Shown: in pieces, positions 9,434-20,178 of the stretch | Layout of the letters: each line of letters starts with the position of its first letter | How positions within the stretch are numbered: position 1 is the first letter of the stretch | NCBI GenBank assembly: GCA_963847445.1 | Contig: CAWJZV010000014.1 | Location: forward strand, 160,001 to 224,000 | Direction: 5' to 3' | Source: an uncultured delta proteobacterium | GTDB taxonomy: Bacteria > Desulfobacterota > Binatia > UBA9968 | Length of the DNA: 64,000 nt | The notes under the pieces: model-generated | The model's input: the letters and a program-made list of their open reading frames with translations, nothing else | What the model was told of the DNA's origin: nothing | Databases searched by the model: none | Translations under genes and position numbers: made by a program

Positions 9434-10942
9434 ATGGTGCAGCTCCTCCATTACCTGGTGGTATTCGTCAGCGGCGCGGTCTTGATGGCGTTGGAGATTG
9501 CCGGCAGCCGCGTCCTGGCGCCCAACTTCGGCAGCTCGATCTTTGTCTGGGGCAGTTTGATCTCGGTGGTCATGACCGCGCTCAGCATCGGTTATTACTG
9601 GGGCGGTTGGTTGTCGGCCCGCGAACCCTCCTATGGCAAGCTCGCGACGCTCTTGGTGATCCCCGGGGGCGTGATATTTTTTCTGCCGTTCGTCTATCCG
9701 GCGATGAATGACTGGATCGCCAGCTTCGATCTCGGCAATCGCTTGAGCCCGCTGTTGGCGTGCGCCGTGCTGTTTCTCGTGCCGGGAGTTTTTCTCGGCA
9801 CGGTCTCGCCCTATGTGATTCGTCTGGCGGCGACCAAGATTAACACCGTCGGCAGCACCGCCGGCACGCTCTACGCGGTGTCCACCGCCGGCAGTATTTT
9901 CGGCACGTTGATTACCGCGTTCTATTTGATACCGGTATTAGGCGTCAGCAATATTATTCATTCTTTGGGGGTAACTCTGGTGGTTTTATCGTTTATTGTA
10001 GTACCTTTGATGCGGCTGCAACGCATGACGGTGACGCGGGCGGTCACCACGAGCTGGTTGTTGTTCGGCTCGTTCAACTTGATCGGGACGCCCGTCACTT
10101 GGGCGAAAACTTTGTTGCAAAAAGATACATTTTACCATCGCATCCGCATCGAAGAGGATGAAGACGCGCGCTACATGTATTTCGACCGCACGCTCCAGAG
10201 CGCGATGACGCTCAAAGACCCGACGGCGCTGCGACTAGTCTACTCACGCTACACATCAATCGGCATGACGTTCCGTCCGGATGCCAAACGCATGCTGCTG
10301 ATCGGCCTCGGCGGCGGCTCGATTCCGAAAAAGCTCAATAAGGAATTCCCCAATCTGGAGATCGACGCCATCGAGCTCGATCCGGAGGTCATCCGCATCG
10401 CCAAAGATCATTTCAATGTGAAAGAACATAAGAATCTCCGCCTGCACGCCCAGGACGGGCGGTTGTTCCTGGCACGAACCCAGCAACAATACGACATTAT
10501 CATGCTCGATGCCTATTTCACCGATGCCATGCCGTTTCACCTGGCGACCAAACAGTTCTTCGAGCTGGCGCAGAAAAAGCTCGCGCCCAACGGCGTCGTC
10601 GTGGCCAATCTCATCAGTGCAGTCACCGGCCCGTCGGGCAAGATCGCACGTTCTTTTATTCGCACCCAACGGCAGGTTTTCCCGCAGACCTATATATTCG
10701 CATCGCGACGCCCCGACAATGTCAGCTTGGAGACCATCCAAAACGTCATTATCGTTGCCACCAGGGACAAGCAGCGCGTCGACATCAAGGAAATCGTCAA
10801 ACGCGCCACGGCTCTCGACAAGGGGCTGTTTCCCGACCCAGTCCAAGACATTGCCGTCGCCTACTATGACCGGCCGCTGCCGGAAGACGCCCCGATATTG
10901 ACCGATGATTTCGCACCGACCGACAATCTGCTCAATCCTTAG
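9434..10942 (+). CDS. Fused membrane domain / spermidine-synthase-like methyltransferase
   Basis: Multi-TM N-terminus (SGAVLMALEIAGSRVLAP); LIGLGGGS, IELDPEV, DGRLFL and ILTDDFAP. Confidence 0.9.
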   Translation: MVQLLHYLVVFVSGAVLMALEIAGSRVLAPNFGSSIFVWGSLISVVMTALSIGYYWGGWLSAREPSYGKLATLLVIPGGVIFFLPFVYPAMNDWIASFDLGNRLSPLLACAVLFLVPGVFLGTVSPYVIRLAATKINTVGSTAGTLYAVSTAGSIFGTLITAFYLIPVLGVSNIIHSLGVTLVVLSFIVVPLMRLQRMTVTRAVTTSWLLFGSFNLIGTPVTWAKTLLQKDTFYHRIRIEEDEDARYMYFDRTLQSAMTLKDPTALRLVYSRYTSIGMTFRPDAKRMLLIGLGGGSIPKKLNKEFPNLEIDAIELDPEVIRIAKDHFNVKEHKNLRLHAQDGRLFLARTQQQYDIIMLDAYFTDAMPFHLATKQFFELAQKKLAPNGVVVANLISAVTGPSGKIARSFIRTQRQVFPQTYIFASRRPDNVSLETIQNVIIVATRDKQRVDIKEIVKRATALDKGLFPDPVQDIAVAYYDRPLPEDAPILTDDFAPTDNLLNP

Positions 10943-11561
10943 CGCCCTCGTCATCCTCGCCGCCTGCTCAGCCTTCGAGCCATCGCCGCCCGCGCGTGTG
11001 GTTCGGGTCAAGGCGCTGGCGGACGTCCCTTTCAGAAATCGCAATCCTGGGTGGGACCAAGAAGCTCGCGGTCTGATCGAGGCGGCATCGGACTACTATG
11101 AAAGAGAGTTCGGCATTCGGCTGGTCACCCAAAACGTTGCCGCTTGGCCCGAAAACGAGCGAGTGCCGTCCACGCCAACCTTGCTGGCGCGCTTACTGAA
11201 ACAATTCCCGGTGACCTCGGCGGATAGCAGCTATGACATCGTGGTCGCTTTTTCCGGCGAAAACGTCAGCCGCATCCTTAGCGACGGCCGGCCGCGCGTC
11301 GATCGCATCGGCAATTGCAGCCAAGGCTTGGCGCGCTACGTCGTCCTGCCGACACGGAAACTGTTTCGCTACACCGGGCAGACCACGGAACTGGACTCCG
11401 ACGTCCTGGCATTGGTCCACGAGGTTGGCCATGTGTTCGGCGCCGAACATGTCGACGACTTCAACTCGATCATGCACGAGAACTTCGATTACCGCAGCGA
11501 ATTCGACTCCAAGAACCGCAAGACCATCCAAAACAACCGCTCCTGCCCATTTGCCAAATAG
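10905..11561 (+). CDS. Metzincin (M12-like) zinc metalloprotease, lipoprotein
   Basis: HEVGHVFGAEH plus SIM Met-turn; lipobox LAAC. Confidence 0.8.
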   Translation: MISHRPTICSILSALVILAACSAFEPSPPARVVRVKALADVPFRNRNPGWDQEARGLIEAASDYYEREFGIRLVTQNVAAWPENERVPSTPTLLARLLKQFPVTSADSSYDIVVAFSGENVSRILSDGRPRVDRIGNCSQGLARYVVLPTRKLFRYTGQTTELDSDVLALVHEVGHVFGAEHVDDFNSIMHENFDYRSEFDSKNRKTIQNNRSCPFAK

Positions 11562-11593
11562 CTCGCACGGCGATAGTCGTGTTCACCGAGACG

Positions 11594-11674
11594 CTGGAAC
11601 CGTTGGAACCTACGGGCCTCTTGGAACTGAGAGGAACGAGTTCCAGACATTGCAAATGTTCCAGGCGTTCCAAA
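11594..11674. repeat. Inverted TGGAAC tandem-repeat element
   Basis: CTGGAACCGTTGGAAC..TTGGAAC facing GTTCCAG..GTTCCAG..GTTCCAA. Confidence 0.65.
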
Positions 11675-11684
11675 ACATTATTCC

Positions 11685-12443
11685 ATGCTGAATAACATCC
11701 GAATCATCTTGGTCCGGCCGCGCGGTTCGGGCAATATCGGCTCGGTGGCGCGAGCGATGAAAAACTTCGGCGGCGGCGAACTCGCCATCGTCGGCAGCGC
11801 GCGCACCCAGAGCTTCTGGGCCAAGGCGATGGCCGTGCACGGCCGCGACGTTCTCAGCGAAGCGAAGTTTTACGACACTATCCGCGCCGCCATCGCCGAT
11901 TGCACGCTGGTGATCGGCACCACCTGCCGCGAGGGGCTCTACCGCGCCCATAGCCAAGCGCCGCGCGAAGTTGCGCCCGTCGTCGCCGCCGCCACCAAGC
12001 AAGGCAAAGTCGCGCTGATCTTCGGCCCCGAAGATCACGGCCTGAGCAATAAAGACCTCGAGCACTGCCAGCTCTTGATCGACATCCCGTCTCATCCCGA
12101 TTACCGTTCGCTCAACGTCGCCCAGGCCGCGGTGGTTTGTTTATACGAATTCTACATCGCTGCCTTGGCGAAGCCGGCGGATGATGCCATCCAACGTGCC
12201 GAGGCCGAGAATATCGAGCGCCTGTTCGACATCATGCGCCACTCGCTGCTTAAGATAGGCTTCTTGAATACGGAGAATCCTGAACATATGCTGCTCGCCT
12301 TCCGACGCATCTTCGGCCGCGCCGCCCTCGAAGACAGAGACGTAAGAATCTTGACCGGCATGTTCCGCCAGATCGAGTGGTACGCCAACCAAGGCTGGAA
12401 AGTCGTCGAGGAAAAAGAAAAGCAGGGGATTAAGATCAGATAA
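11685..12443 (+). CDS. trmJ: tRNA (C32/U32-2'-O)-methyltransferase, TrmJ/LasT family
   Basis: GNIGSVARAMKNFG, FGPEDHGLSN and SLNVAQA (SPOUT). Confidence 0.9.
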   Translation: MLNNIRIILVRPRGSGNIGSVARAMKNFGGGELAIVGSARTQSFWAKAMAVHGRDVLSEAKFYDTIRAAIADCTLVIGTTCREGLYRAHSQAPREVAPVVAAATKQGKVALIFGPEDHGLSNKDLEHCQLLIDIPSHPDYRSLNVAQAAVVCLYEFYIAALAKPADDAIQRAEAENIERLFDIMRHSLLKIGFLNTENPEHMLLAFRRIFGRAALEDRDVRILTGMFRQIEWYANQGWKVVEEKEKQGIKIR

Positions 12444-12576
12444 TTATAGCGCAGTGTAATGATGCCAGAGTCGATGAACGAAAGATTGTCTTCACCACGA
12501 AGTGATCATGAACTCACGACGTCTACGGAAAATGAAAATATCGGAATTCCCTCCATAGACGATAGCTTAGCATATG

Positions 12577-12649
12577 CGCGGCGCACGCGGGAATCCAGGG
12601 TGTCAGCGCCCAATCGGACTTGGATACCCGCTTTCGCCGGGTAATGACG
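12577..12649. repeat. REP-like palindrome pair
   Basis: GCGCACGCGGGAATCCAG ... TTGGATACCCGCTTTCGCCGGGTAATGAC. Confidence 0.6.
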
Positions 12650-12701
12650 CGAAGCCCGGAGCGTGAAAGATATCGCAGATCATCACTGTCACATGTATTT
12701 T

Positions 12702-12779
12702 CGAAGGAGGACACGAAGTGCACGAAGTTCGGTGAATTAACTTCCGAAACCTTCGTGTCCTTCGTGCCTTCGTGGTGAA
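12702..12779. repeat. CACGAAG tandem-repeat hairpin (family A)
   Basis: GACACGAAGTGCACGAAGTTCGG..CCGAAACCTTCGTGTCCTTCGTGCCTTCGTGGTGAA. Confidence 0.8.
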
Positions 12780-12870
12780 TGGAATTTATCCCCGAGGTCC
12801 GCAGATGAAACACTTCGCGGTTGCGGAAAACTAAATTATTTGTTTGCGCCAAGAGGAGCTAAGACGAGCA

Positions 12871-13509
12871 ATGAACGTCAACGATTTCAATCTCAAGAAA
12901 ACCGCCTTGCTGTTTTTCGACATTCTCAACGGCTACGTTGCCGAGCCGGCGCCGGGCCAGCCGCGCGTGCTGAAACCATGGATACAGAATGCCGTAAGGC
13001 TCAGCAAAGCCGGCCGCGCCGCCGGCCTGCCGGTATTCTTCGCCAAGGGCAACCACCGGCCCGACAACGCCACCACCGCGCTGATCGCCACCGACACCAA
13101 TAATTCGCTCACGCCTTGGCCCAACGGCGAAGTCACCAAAACCAAAATGCATGTCATCGCCGGCGACAAGAGTTCCGACGTGCTCGCCGACTTGGAGCCT
13201 GCGCCGGACGATTACTACATCGTCAAATACCGCTGGAGCGCGTTTCACCAGACCTATCTCGATCTCGCCCTGCGCAGCCGCGGCATCGACACGCTGATCG
13301 TCTCGGGCGGCTCGACGGACGTCGGCGTCACTTCGACTTTGTATTCCGCCCGCGACTTGGACTATAACACCATCGTCGCCAGCGACGCTTGCGGCACATC
13401 CCACGATCAGCGCGCCCATGACATGCTGATGGAGCTGGTCTTCCCGCGCATGTCGCGCGTGCGCACGACCGATCAAGTGATCGAGATGATTAACAAGGCT
13501 GGTAGATAA
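12871..13509 (+). CDS. Isochorismatase / cysteine-hydrolase family protein
   Basis: TALLFFDILN, KYRWSAF, GGSTDVGVTST and ASDAC. Confidence 0.9.
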   Translation: MNVNDFNLKKTALLFFDILNGYVAEPAPGQPRVLKPWIQNAVRLSKAGRAAGLPVFFAKGNHRPDNATTALIATDTNNSLTPWPNGEVTKTKMHVIAGDKSSDVLADLEPAPDDYYIVKYRWSAFHQTYLDLALRSRGIDTLIVSGGSTDVGVTSTLYSARDLDYNTIVASDACGTSHDQRAHDMLMELVFPRMSRVRTTDQVIEMINKAGR

Positions 13510-13522
13510 TGTGAAAGAGGTT

Positions 13523-13603
13523 TTCACCACGAAGGCACGAAGGACACGAAGTTCGGAATAGTGTTTTTCCGAAACCTTCGTGCTCTTCGTGCCTTCGTGG
13601 TGA
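13523..13603. repeat. CACGAAG tandem-repeat hairpin (family A)
   Basis: TTCACCACGAAGGCACGAAGGACACGAAGTTCGGAA..TTCCGAAACCTTCGTGCTCTTCGTGCCTTCGTGGTGA. Confidence 0.9.
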
Positions 13604-13657
13604 GATGGAATTTCCTTTCCGCAGCAGACGACAACAAATTGATTGAAGGAGTCACCT

Positions 13658-14795
13658 ATGGCATCGGACATCAGCGCCCCAGTCGGCATCAGCAAGAACA
13701 TCAAACAGATCGGCCGCATGGATTTACCCGGCGGCGGCTCGGTGGTGGTCGAAAACGGCTACGCCTACGTCGGCCACATGGACCCGCCGCACGGCACCTC
13801 GATCATCGACGTCAAAGATCCCAAGCATCCCAAAGTCGTGGCGCATATTGAAATCCCCGAGGGATTGCACTCGCATAAAGTGCGCGTTAGCGGCGACATC
13901 ATGCTGGTCAACTATGAGCGCTATCAAAGCCAAGCAAGAGCTGCAATCGGGACTCAAGGTATTCGACATCTCGAATAAATCGAAGCCCCGTGAGATCGCC
14001 ATGTACAAGACGCCGGGAAAAGGCGTGCATCGCTTCACCTACGACGGCCGCTACGCCTATATCTCGCCGACGGTGGATGGCTATCAAGGTAATATCGCGA
14101 TGATGCTCGACATGAAGAATCCCGAGCAGCCGGAAGAAGCCATGCGCTGGTGGATGCCCGGACAATGGGTCGCCGGTGGCGAGACACCGAACTTCAAAGG
14201 CGCCGACACCCGCTGCCATCATCCGATCCGCCGCGGCGATCGCCTCTATATCAGCTACTGGCATGGCGGCTTCGCCATCGTCGATATAGCCAATTTAAAC
14301 AAGCCGAGAACCGTCAGCATGCTCGACTGGAGCCCGCCCTATCCCTGCCCGACCCACACGACGCTGCCGCTGTTGAATAAAATCATGGAGCGCGACTGGT
14401 TGATCGTCACCGACGAAGAGGTCGGCGAAAAGTTGAACGAAACCCACAACGCCTTTCTCTGGGTCGTCGACATCACCAAAGAAGATCTACCGCTGCCGGT
14501 GGCCACCTTCATCGTCCCCTTCGAAGGAAAATCGACGTCCATGAACCGCTTCGGCGCGCACCAACCCGCCGAGCAAGTCTACGGCAACACGCTCTATGTC
14601 ACCTGGTTCGCCGGCGGCCTGCGCGCCGTGGACTTCTCGAATCCATATCAGCCCAAGGAAGTCGGCTACTACGTCCCCAATCCCGGCAAAGGCCAGAGCG
14701 TCGTCATGAGCAACGATGTTTTCCACGACAAAGACGGCAAGCTGTATTTGATCGATCGCTACGACGGACTGGAAATACTCGAAAGCCAGGTTTAA
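13658..14795 (+). CDS. LVIVD-repeat beta-propeller protein (frameshift ~13925)
   Basis: Repeated IIDVKDP, VFDISN, IVDIAN, VVDIT and AVDFSNP units over two ORFs; several His-X motifs. Confidence 0.85.
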
Positions 14796-14807
14796 GCGGA
14801 GCTTAAA

Positions 14808-14920
14808 CCGTTCAAAGGTTCAAAAGTTCAAGGTTCAATCGGACAGCACAACACGAGCGGAGTCATTTTGTGGCAGCGAGTCTCCGACCTTGAACCTTTG
14901 AACCTTGAACTTTTGAACGG
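14808..14920. repeat. Inverted GTTCAA(A) tandem-repeat hairpin
   Basis: CCGTTCAAAGGTTCAAAAGTTCAAGGTTCAA ... TTGAACCTTTGAACCTTGAACTTTTGAACGG. Confidence 0.9.
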
Positions 14921-14929
14921 CTGTTTTCC

Positions 14930-15574
14930 ATGAAGTTATTCAACGTCGCCTACTCAGGCAACTCCTACAAAGTCCGCCTGCTGCTCGCGCAGTTGGGAAT
15001 CCCCTGCGAGATCGTCGAAGTCGATATTTTGAAAGGCGAAAGCCGCACCGCTGAGTTTCTCAAGATCAATCCCAACGGCCGCACACCAGTGCTCGACGAC
15101 GATGGATTTATCCTGGCCGAATCCAACGCCATCCTCGCCTATCTCGCTCGCGGCACGAAATATCTCCCGGACGATCGAAAGAAATTCGGCCAGGTATTTC
15201 AATGGATGTTCTTCGAGCAATACAGCCACGAACCGTTCATCGCCACCTCGCGCTTCTGGCTCCAACACAAACCCGACTCACCGGAAAAAACCGCGCTGTT
15301 GGCCTCAAAACGCGACGGCGGCTGGGCCGCGCTCAAAATCATGGAAAACCATCTGGCAAAGAACGACTTCTTCGTCGGCGAATATTCCATCGCCGACATC
15401 GCGCTGTTCGCCTACACTCATGTCGCGGATGAAGGCGGCTTTCCGCTGGATGATTTTCCGAAGATTAGCGGCTGGATCGAGCGCGTAACCGAGCAGCGTA
15501 AATTTTTGCCGATGTCCAGGCTGCGGCGAACTTTGCCGATGAATCCACTCAGCCGCTATCGTAGCCTACTCTAA
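14930..15574 (+). CDS. Glutathione S-transferase
   Basis: SGNSYKVRL, NPNGRTPVL, ESNAIL and SIADIALFAY. Confidence 0.95.
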   Translation: MKLFNVAYSGNSYKVRLLLAQLGIPCEIVEVDILKGESRTAEFLKINPNGRTPVLDDDGFILAESNAILAYLARGTKYLPDDRKKFGQVFQWMFFEQYSHEPFIATSRFWLQHKPDSPEKTALLASKRDGGWAALKIMENHLAKNDFFVGEYSIADIALFAYTHVADEGGFPLDDFPKISGWIERVTEQRKFLPMSRLRRTLPMNPLSRYRSLL

Positions 15575-17272
15575 CCGGCATTCGACGCGCATAGCGGCGC
15601 AGCACGTACTGGCTCATATTCCGGGCCAGTTCGCGTTCACCGAGAAAGATTTTTCCGGCATTTTCTTTTTCTAGCAACCCGCCTCTTCCTCACTGTGTGT
15701 GCGCACCACGGTCTCGATGCGCGGGTTGACGGTCCGCGCGATCTCGATCATACGGCGGACGTTCAAGGTATCGGGCGTGGCGATGACTAACATACGCGCG
15801 CGGTGAATATGGGCCTGGACCAGCACCATCGGCTCGGTCGCATCCCCCGATACTGCCGCGATGCCATTCTTTCGCGCCGCCTCGATGATCTCGCGATTCT
15901 CCTCCGCGAGCACAAACGAGATCCCCTGCGCCGAGAGCTCAGCGCCGATGCGTCGCCCGACTCTGCCGTAACCGACGAGCACGACATGGCCGGAGAGCCG
16001 ATTCAGGTCGACGCTCATCGGTAATGTCGCGAGGGGATCGTCGGGACGCTCGAATAGTTGGGCGCGTTTCGACTTTGCCCGAATCCATACCTGCAACGGC
16101 TCGATCGCGTGGAAGACCAGCGGATTGACGGCGATCGAAATAATCGCTCCGGCAAGAATTAGACTTCTAGCTTCTTCCGGCAGAATGCCCAGGGACAGCC
16201 CCAATCCAGCAAGGATAAAAGAAAACTCGCCGATCTGAGCTAGACCCGCGGAGACCGTTAGGGCGGTATTGAGCGGATAACCGAAGAGCAAGACCAATGC
16301 AAAAGCGGCGAGAGATTTTCCGATAACTATAATCGCCACAACCGCCACAATATGAAGCGGTTCGTGAACCAGCACCTGGGGATCAAAGAGCATGCCGACC
16401 GAAACGAAAAACAAAACCGAAAAAGAGTCTCTGAAAGGCAACGACTCCTCCGCAGCCCGGTGACTCAATGGCGACTCGCGCATGACCATTCCCGCGAAGA
16501 ACGCGCCGAGGGCGAACGAGACCCCGAAGAGTTCGGCGGCGCCGTAGGCGATCCCCATCGCAAGGGCAATGACACACAAGGTGAAAAGTTCGCGCGGTCC
16601 AACACGCGCGATATGCCAGGCGATCCAGGGAACCAAACGTCGCCCGCCGATCACCATAAAGCCGACAAAAAGCGCGACTTTGCCCAAGGTCAACGCGAGA
16701 GCGGTGAACAATTCTTGACCGCTAACTTGATCGCGCCCGGAACCGCCGAGCCACAAAGAAAGGGGCGGCAATAGAACCAAAACCAGCACCGTGACCAAAT
16801 CCTCGACGATCAACCAACCGACCGCGATGTGCCCGTTGACCGTTTCCAGAATACCCCGGCTTTCCAAGGCTCTGAGCAGCACAACCGTGCTCGCGACCGA
16901 TAATGTCAGTCCGAACACGAGCCCCTCGGCGAGATTCCAACCCCAAAGATTGCTAAGGGCAAGTCCAAGCAATGTCGCGACGGTGATCTGCACGATCGCT
17001 CCCGGGATAGCAATCTTGCGAACCGCCAGCAGCTCGTCAATGGAGAAATGCAGTCCGACACCGAACATCAGCAGCATGACGCCAATTTCGGCAAGCTGAG
17101 CCGAAAGTTCCGCGTCCGCGACAAAGCCGGGAGTAAATGGACCGATGACAATGCCGGCAGCAAGGTAGCCGATCAGCACCGGCAGCTTGAACCGCGCGGC
17201 CAGAAAGCCAAGAGCCAATGCCGCGCCAAGCGCGGCGACGAGCGTCGTAATCAGGGCAACGTTATGTGGCAA
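15549..17272 (-). CDS. ybaL: YbaL-like CPA2 (Kef-type) cation:proton antiporter with TrkA-N domain (frameshift ~15675)
   Basis: LAEIGVMLLMFGVGLHFS, LAQIGEFSF and VGYGRVG; C-terminus continues LLEKENAGKIFLGE in another frame. Confidence 0.9.
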
Positions 17273-17404
17273 ATGCAGGACTCCATTTCTTTACTTTTAA
17301 AGATCCGTGCTTGGATGAAGACAACTGACACCCGCACGGTGGGTAAACTCATGCGAAAAGATACAACAATGGCGAGTTAGGGCAACATGGCGCAGTCGTA
17401 TTAA

Positions 17405-18305
17405 TTAGGAATGCCTCCCCTCCTCCATCTCCTCCAACGTCCGCGGCCAATCGTCTTTGAGCAGACGCGACAGGCTGCGGTCCGCGAGCAATTTGCCGCC
17501 GGTCTGGCACTTGGCGCAGTAGTTGGTCTCGTTCTCGGCGTAGACGATGCGCTGCACCGGCGCGCCGCACACCGGACAGGGTTTGCGATACTTGCCGTGA
17601 ACCGCCATGTCGTCGCGGAAGGCAGTCACCCGCTCGGGGAAATTCTTGCCGGTGTCTTTGCGCAGACGTTCGATCCATTCCGCCATGCAGTCGCGCGTCG
17701 CATGGAACAACCTTTCGATTTCCTCGTCGCTCAATAGCTTGATCTGTTTGACCGGCGACAGCTTGGCGCGATGCAGGATTTCATCCGAGTAAGCGTTGCC
17801 GATGCCGCTGAACACATGGGGATCGGTCAAGGTTCGTTTCAGCGTGTGATTCTCGCGCGTCAGCGCGGCACGAAAAGACGCCAGATTGGCGTCGAAAATC
17901 TCCAGGCCGCCGGGATCATGTTCTTGGAGATGCTCTCGGCCCTGGACCAGATGCAGCGAAGCCCGCTTCTTGGTCCCCATCTCCGTAAGCAACAGCGTCG
18001 CCATGGGAAAATCGAACGCCGCGTGGCCGTACTTGCGCGGCACGGCGATGCCGCGCTTCTTCCAGTGGAACCGGCCGGTGATCATCAGATGGAAAACCAG
18101 AAACAGCTCGTCTTCGAGCTCGAAGACAATGCGCTTGCCGATGCGCTGGAAGCCGACAACCTTTTTACCTTCGGCAGAACCAATCGGCGGCTCGAAGGTG
18201 CGCAGAAGAAACGGATTGCCGAGGCGGATTTTTTCGAGAGGCTGATTGAGCAGCCGCGACTGCCAGCGCCTCGATGTAGATGGTGATGTCAGGCAGCTCC
18301 GGCAT
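17405..18305 (-). CDS. Fpg/Nei-family DNA glycosylase (frameshift ~18265)
   Basis: N-terminal [24 protein letters not shown] (H2TH) and CPVC..CAKC zinc finger. Confidence 0.9.
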
Positions 18306-18314
18306 TGTTGGATA

Positions 18315-18405
18315 AGGTCGATGATAGAGGATGGATAATTGAGAATGGACAAGAGAATCAATTCCTGCGCTGTTGATTATCGATCCTCTATCCTCGATCA
18401 TCCTC
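18315..18405. repeat. Inverted 7-mer (GAGGAT/ATCCTC-type) tandem repeats
   Basis: GATAGAGGATGGATAATTGAGAATGG ... TATCGATCCTCTATCCTCGATCATCCTC. Confidence 0.7.
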
Positions 18406-18455
18406 CGTCGGGGGGACTTTCATTGCGTTCTATGACGGCTTGAACGTTTGAACTG

Positions 18456-19872
18456 TTAGTCCACGTTCTCCCGCTTGGTCAAAAACTCCTTCGCCTGCAT
18501 CGGAAACAACACGCCCAAGAGCAAATCCTCTTCGCACTTCGCCAGCGGTCCGAGATCTTTGATCGCTTTGTCCCAGTCCGCCGGATCGGCCATTTCGCCG
18601 GAGCGGATCGAGTAGTCGGGCTGTTTGTCCTTCATGATTTTCTTGATCAAATCCGGGCTCACCGTCCCCGGCGGCCGGCCGTATTTTCCCTTTGACATAG
18701 TCCTGGGTCTCTTTCGTCACGATCTTGTAGCGCTCGCCGGCGAGGACATTGAGCACCGCTTGCACGCCGACGATCTGGCTGGTCGGCGTCAGCAGCGGCG
18801 GATGGCCCAAGTCTTTTTCCACACTCGGGGTTTCCTTCAGCGCTGCGTCCATCAAATCCATGCGCTTGGCTTCCTTCAGCTGCGCCACCATGTTGGAGAT
18901 CATGCCGCCGGGAACTTTGTGGATGAATACTTCGGCGCTGACGCCGGTGTAGCCGGTCTCGTATTTTTCATACTTCTCCTTGATCTGGCGCGTGATCAAC
19001 GACGGCTCTTCGAGGACTTTCAGATCGATGCCGGTGTCGAACGGCGTGCCGGCCAGCGACGCCACCATGGTTTCGGTGGCCGGATGGGCGGAACCGAACG
19101 ACAACGGCGACAGCACCGTGTCGATCATGTCGACGCCGGCGAGCACCGCCATCAGATGGCACATGCTCGAGGTCCCGCCCATGTCGTGACAATGCAGCAA
19201 CACCGGCAGCTTGCCCTTGGACCGGTCTTTGATGCCCTTGATGATTCGGTACGCGTTGAACGGCGTCAGAATTCCTGTGGCATCTTTGAGCGACAGCCAA
19301 TCGGCGCCCACGTCGATCAACTGCTCGGCATACTCCAGCCATTTTTCCAGCGTGTGCACCGGGCTGACGGTGTAATTTACTTCCACATGAGCTTCGCCGC
19401 CAAACTCTTTGACCGCCTTGGTCGCCGTCTCGATGTTGCGGAAGTCGTTGGTCGCCTCGAACACGCGAAACACGTTGATGCCGTTGGCCACCGCGCGCTC
19501 GACGAACTTGTAGACGATCTTATCGGTGTACGGCCGGTAGGCGAGTATATGTTGGCCGCGCAGGAGCATCTGCAGCTTGGTCTTGGGCATCACCGCTTTG
19601 ATGCGCCGCAGCCGCTCCCAAGGATCTTCGTTTAAATAACGCATGCAGACGTCGAAGGTCGCGCCGCCCCAGACTTCGACGGCGTAAAAGCCGCAGTTGT
19701 CGATGGACGCGCATAACGGCAAGAGATCGTCGGTGGTGACTCGGGTGGCGAGTTTGCACTGCTGGCCGTCGCGCGGCGTCAGATCGGTGATCTTGACCCT
19801 GCGGCTGCCCGCCGGCTCGGTGAGCAGTTTGTTCATGTCAGCGGCCAACTGGTTCAATATTTCGTCGCTCAT
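18456..19872 (-). CDS. Pyruvate/oxaloacetate carboxyltransferase (OadA / transcarboxylase 5S-like), no biotinyl domain (frameshift ~18685)
   Basis: RDGQQ, EVWGGATFDVCMRYLNEDPWERL, KDATG, HCH, VPGGMISN and PLLTPTSQIVG. Confidence 0.9.
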
Positions 19873-19968
19873 GGAAATTCTCCTCTAGTTTCACTGCGGA
19901 TCGGACCGACCGCGTTGGCACCGTTTATAGGCCATTTCATTGGCGACAGCAAAGAGCTGAAGATTCTC

Positions 19969-20133
19969 TTCACCACGAAGGCACGAAGAGCACGAAGTGA
20001 GATACCAAGAGGGCGGGTTTGAAACCCGCCCTTACAATTCCGATTCTTTTTTGTGTCCTTTGCGTTCTTTGCGGCCAATCCTCAGAATCCGAATATTCTC
20101 CTACTTTGTGACCTTTGTGCTCTTTGTGGTTAA
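19969..20133. repeat. Composite repeat: family-A arm + REP palindrome + CTTTG[CT]G arrays
   Basis: TTCACCACGAAGGCACGAAGAGCACGAAG; GGGCGGGTTTGAAACCCGCCC (20011-20031); CTTTGCGTTCTTTGCGG; CTTTGTGACCTTTGTGCTCTTTGTGGT. Confidence 0.8.
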
Positions 20134-20178
20134 ATCCTCTTCTTGCATTTCCGAACTTATTCTCCTACAAACCGGCAG

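Noticed and set aside
13523-13603. Short repeat arrays as CRISPR
   Set aside because: Units are 7-9 nt, tandem and inverted, with no unique spacers and no cas genes.
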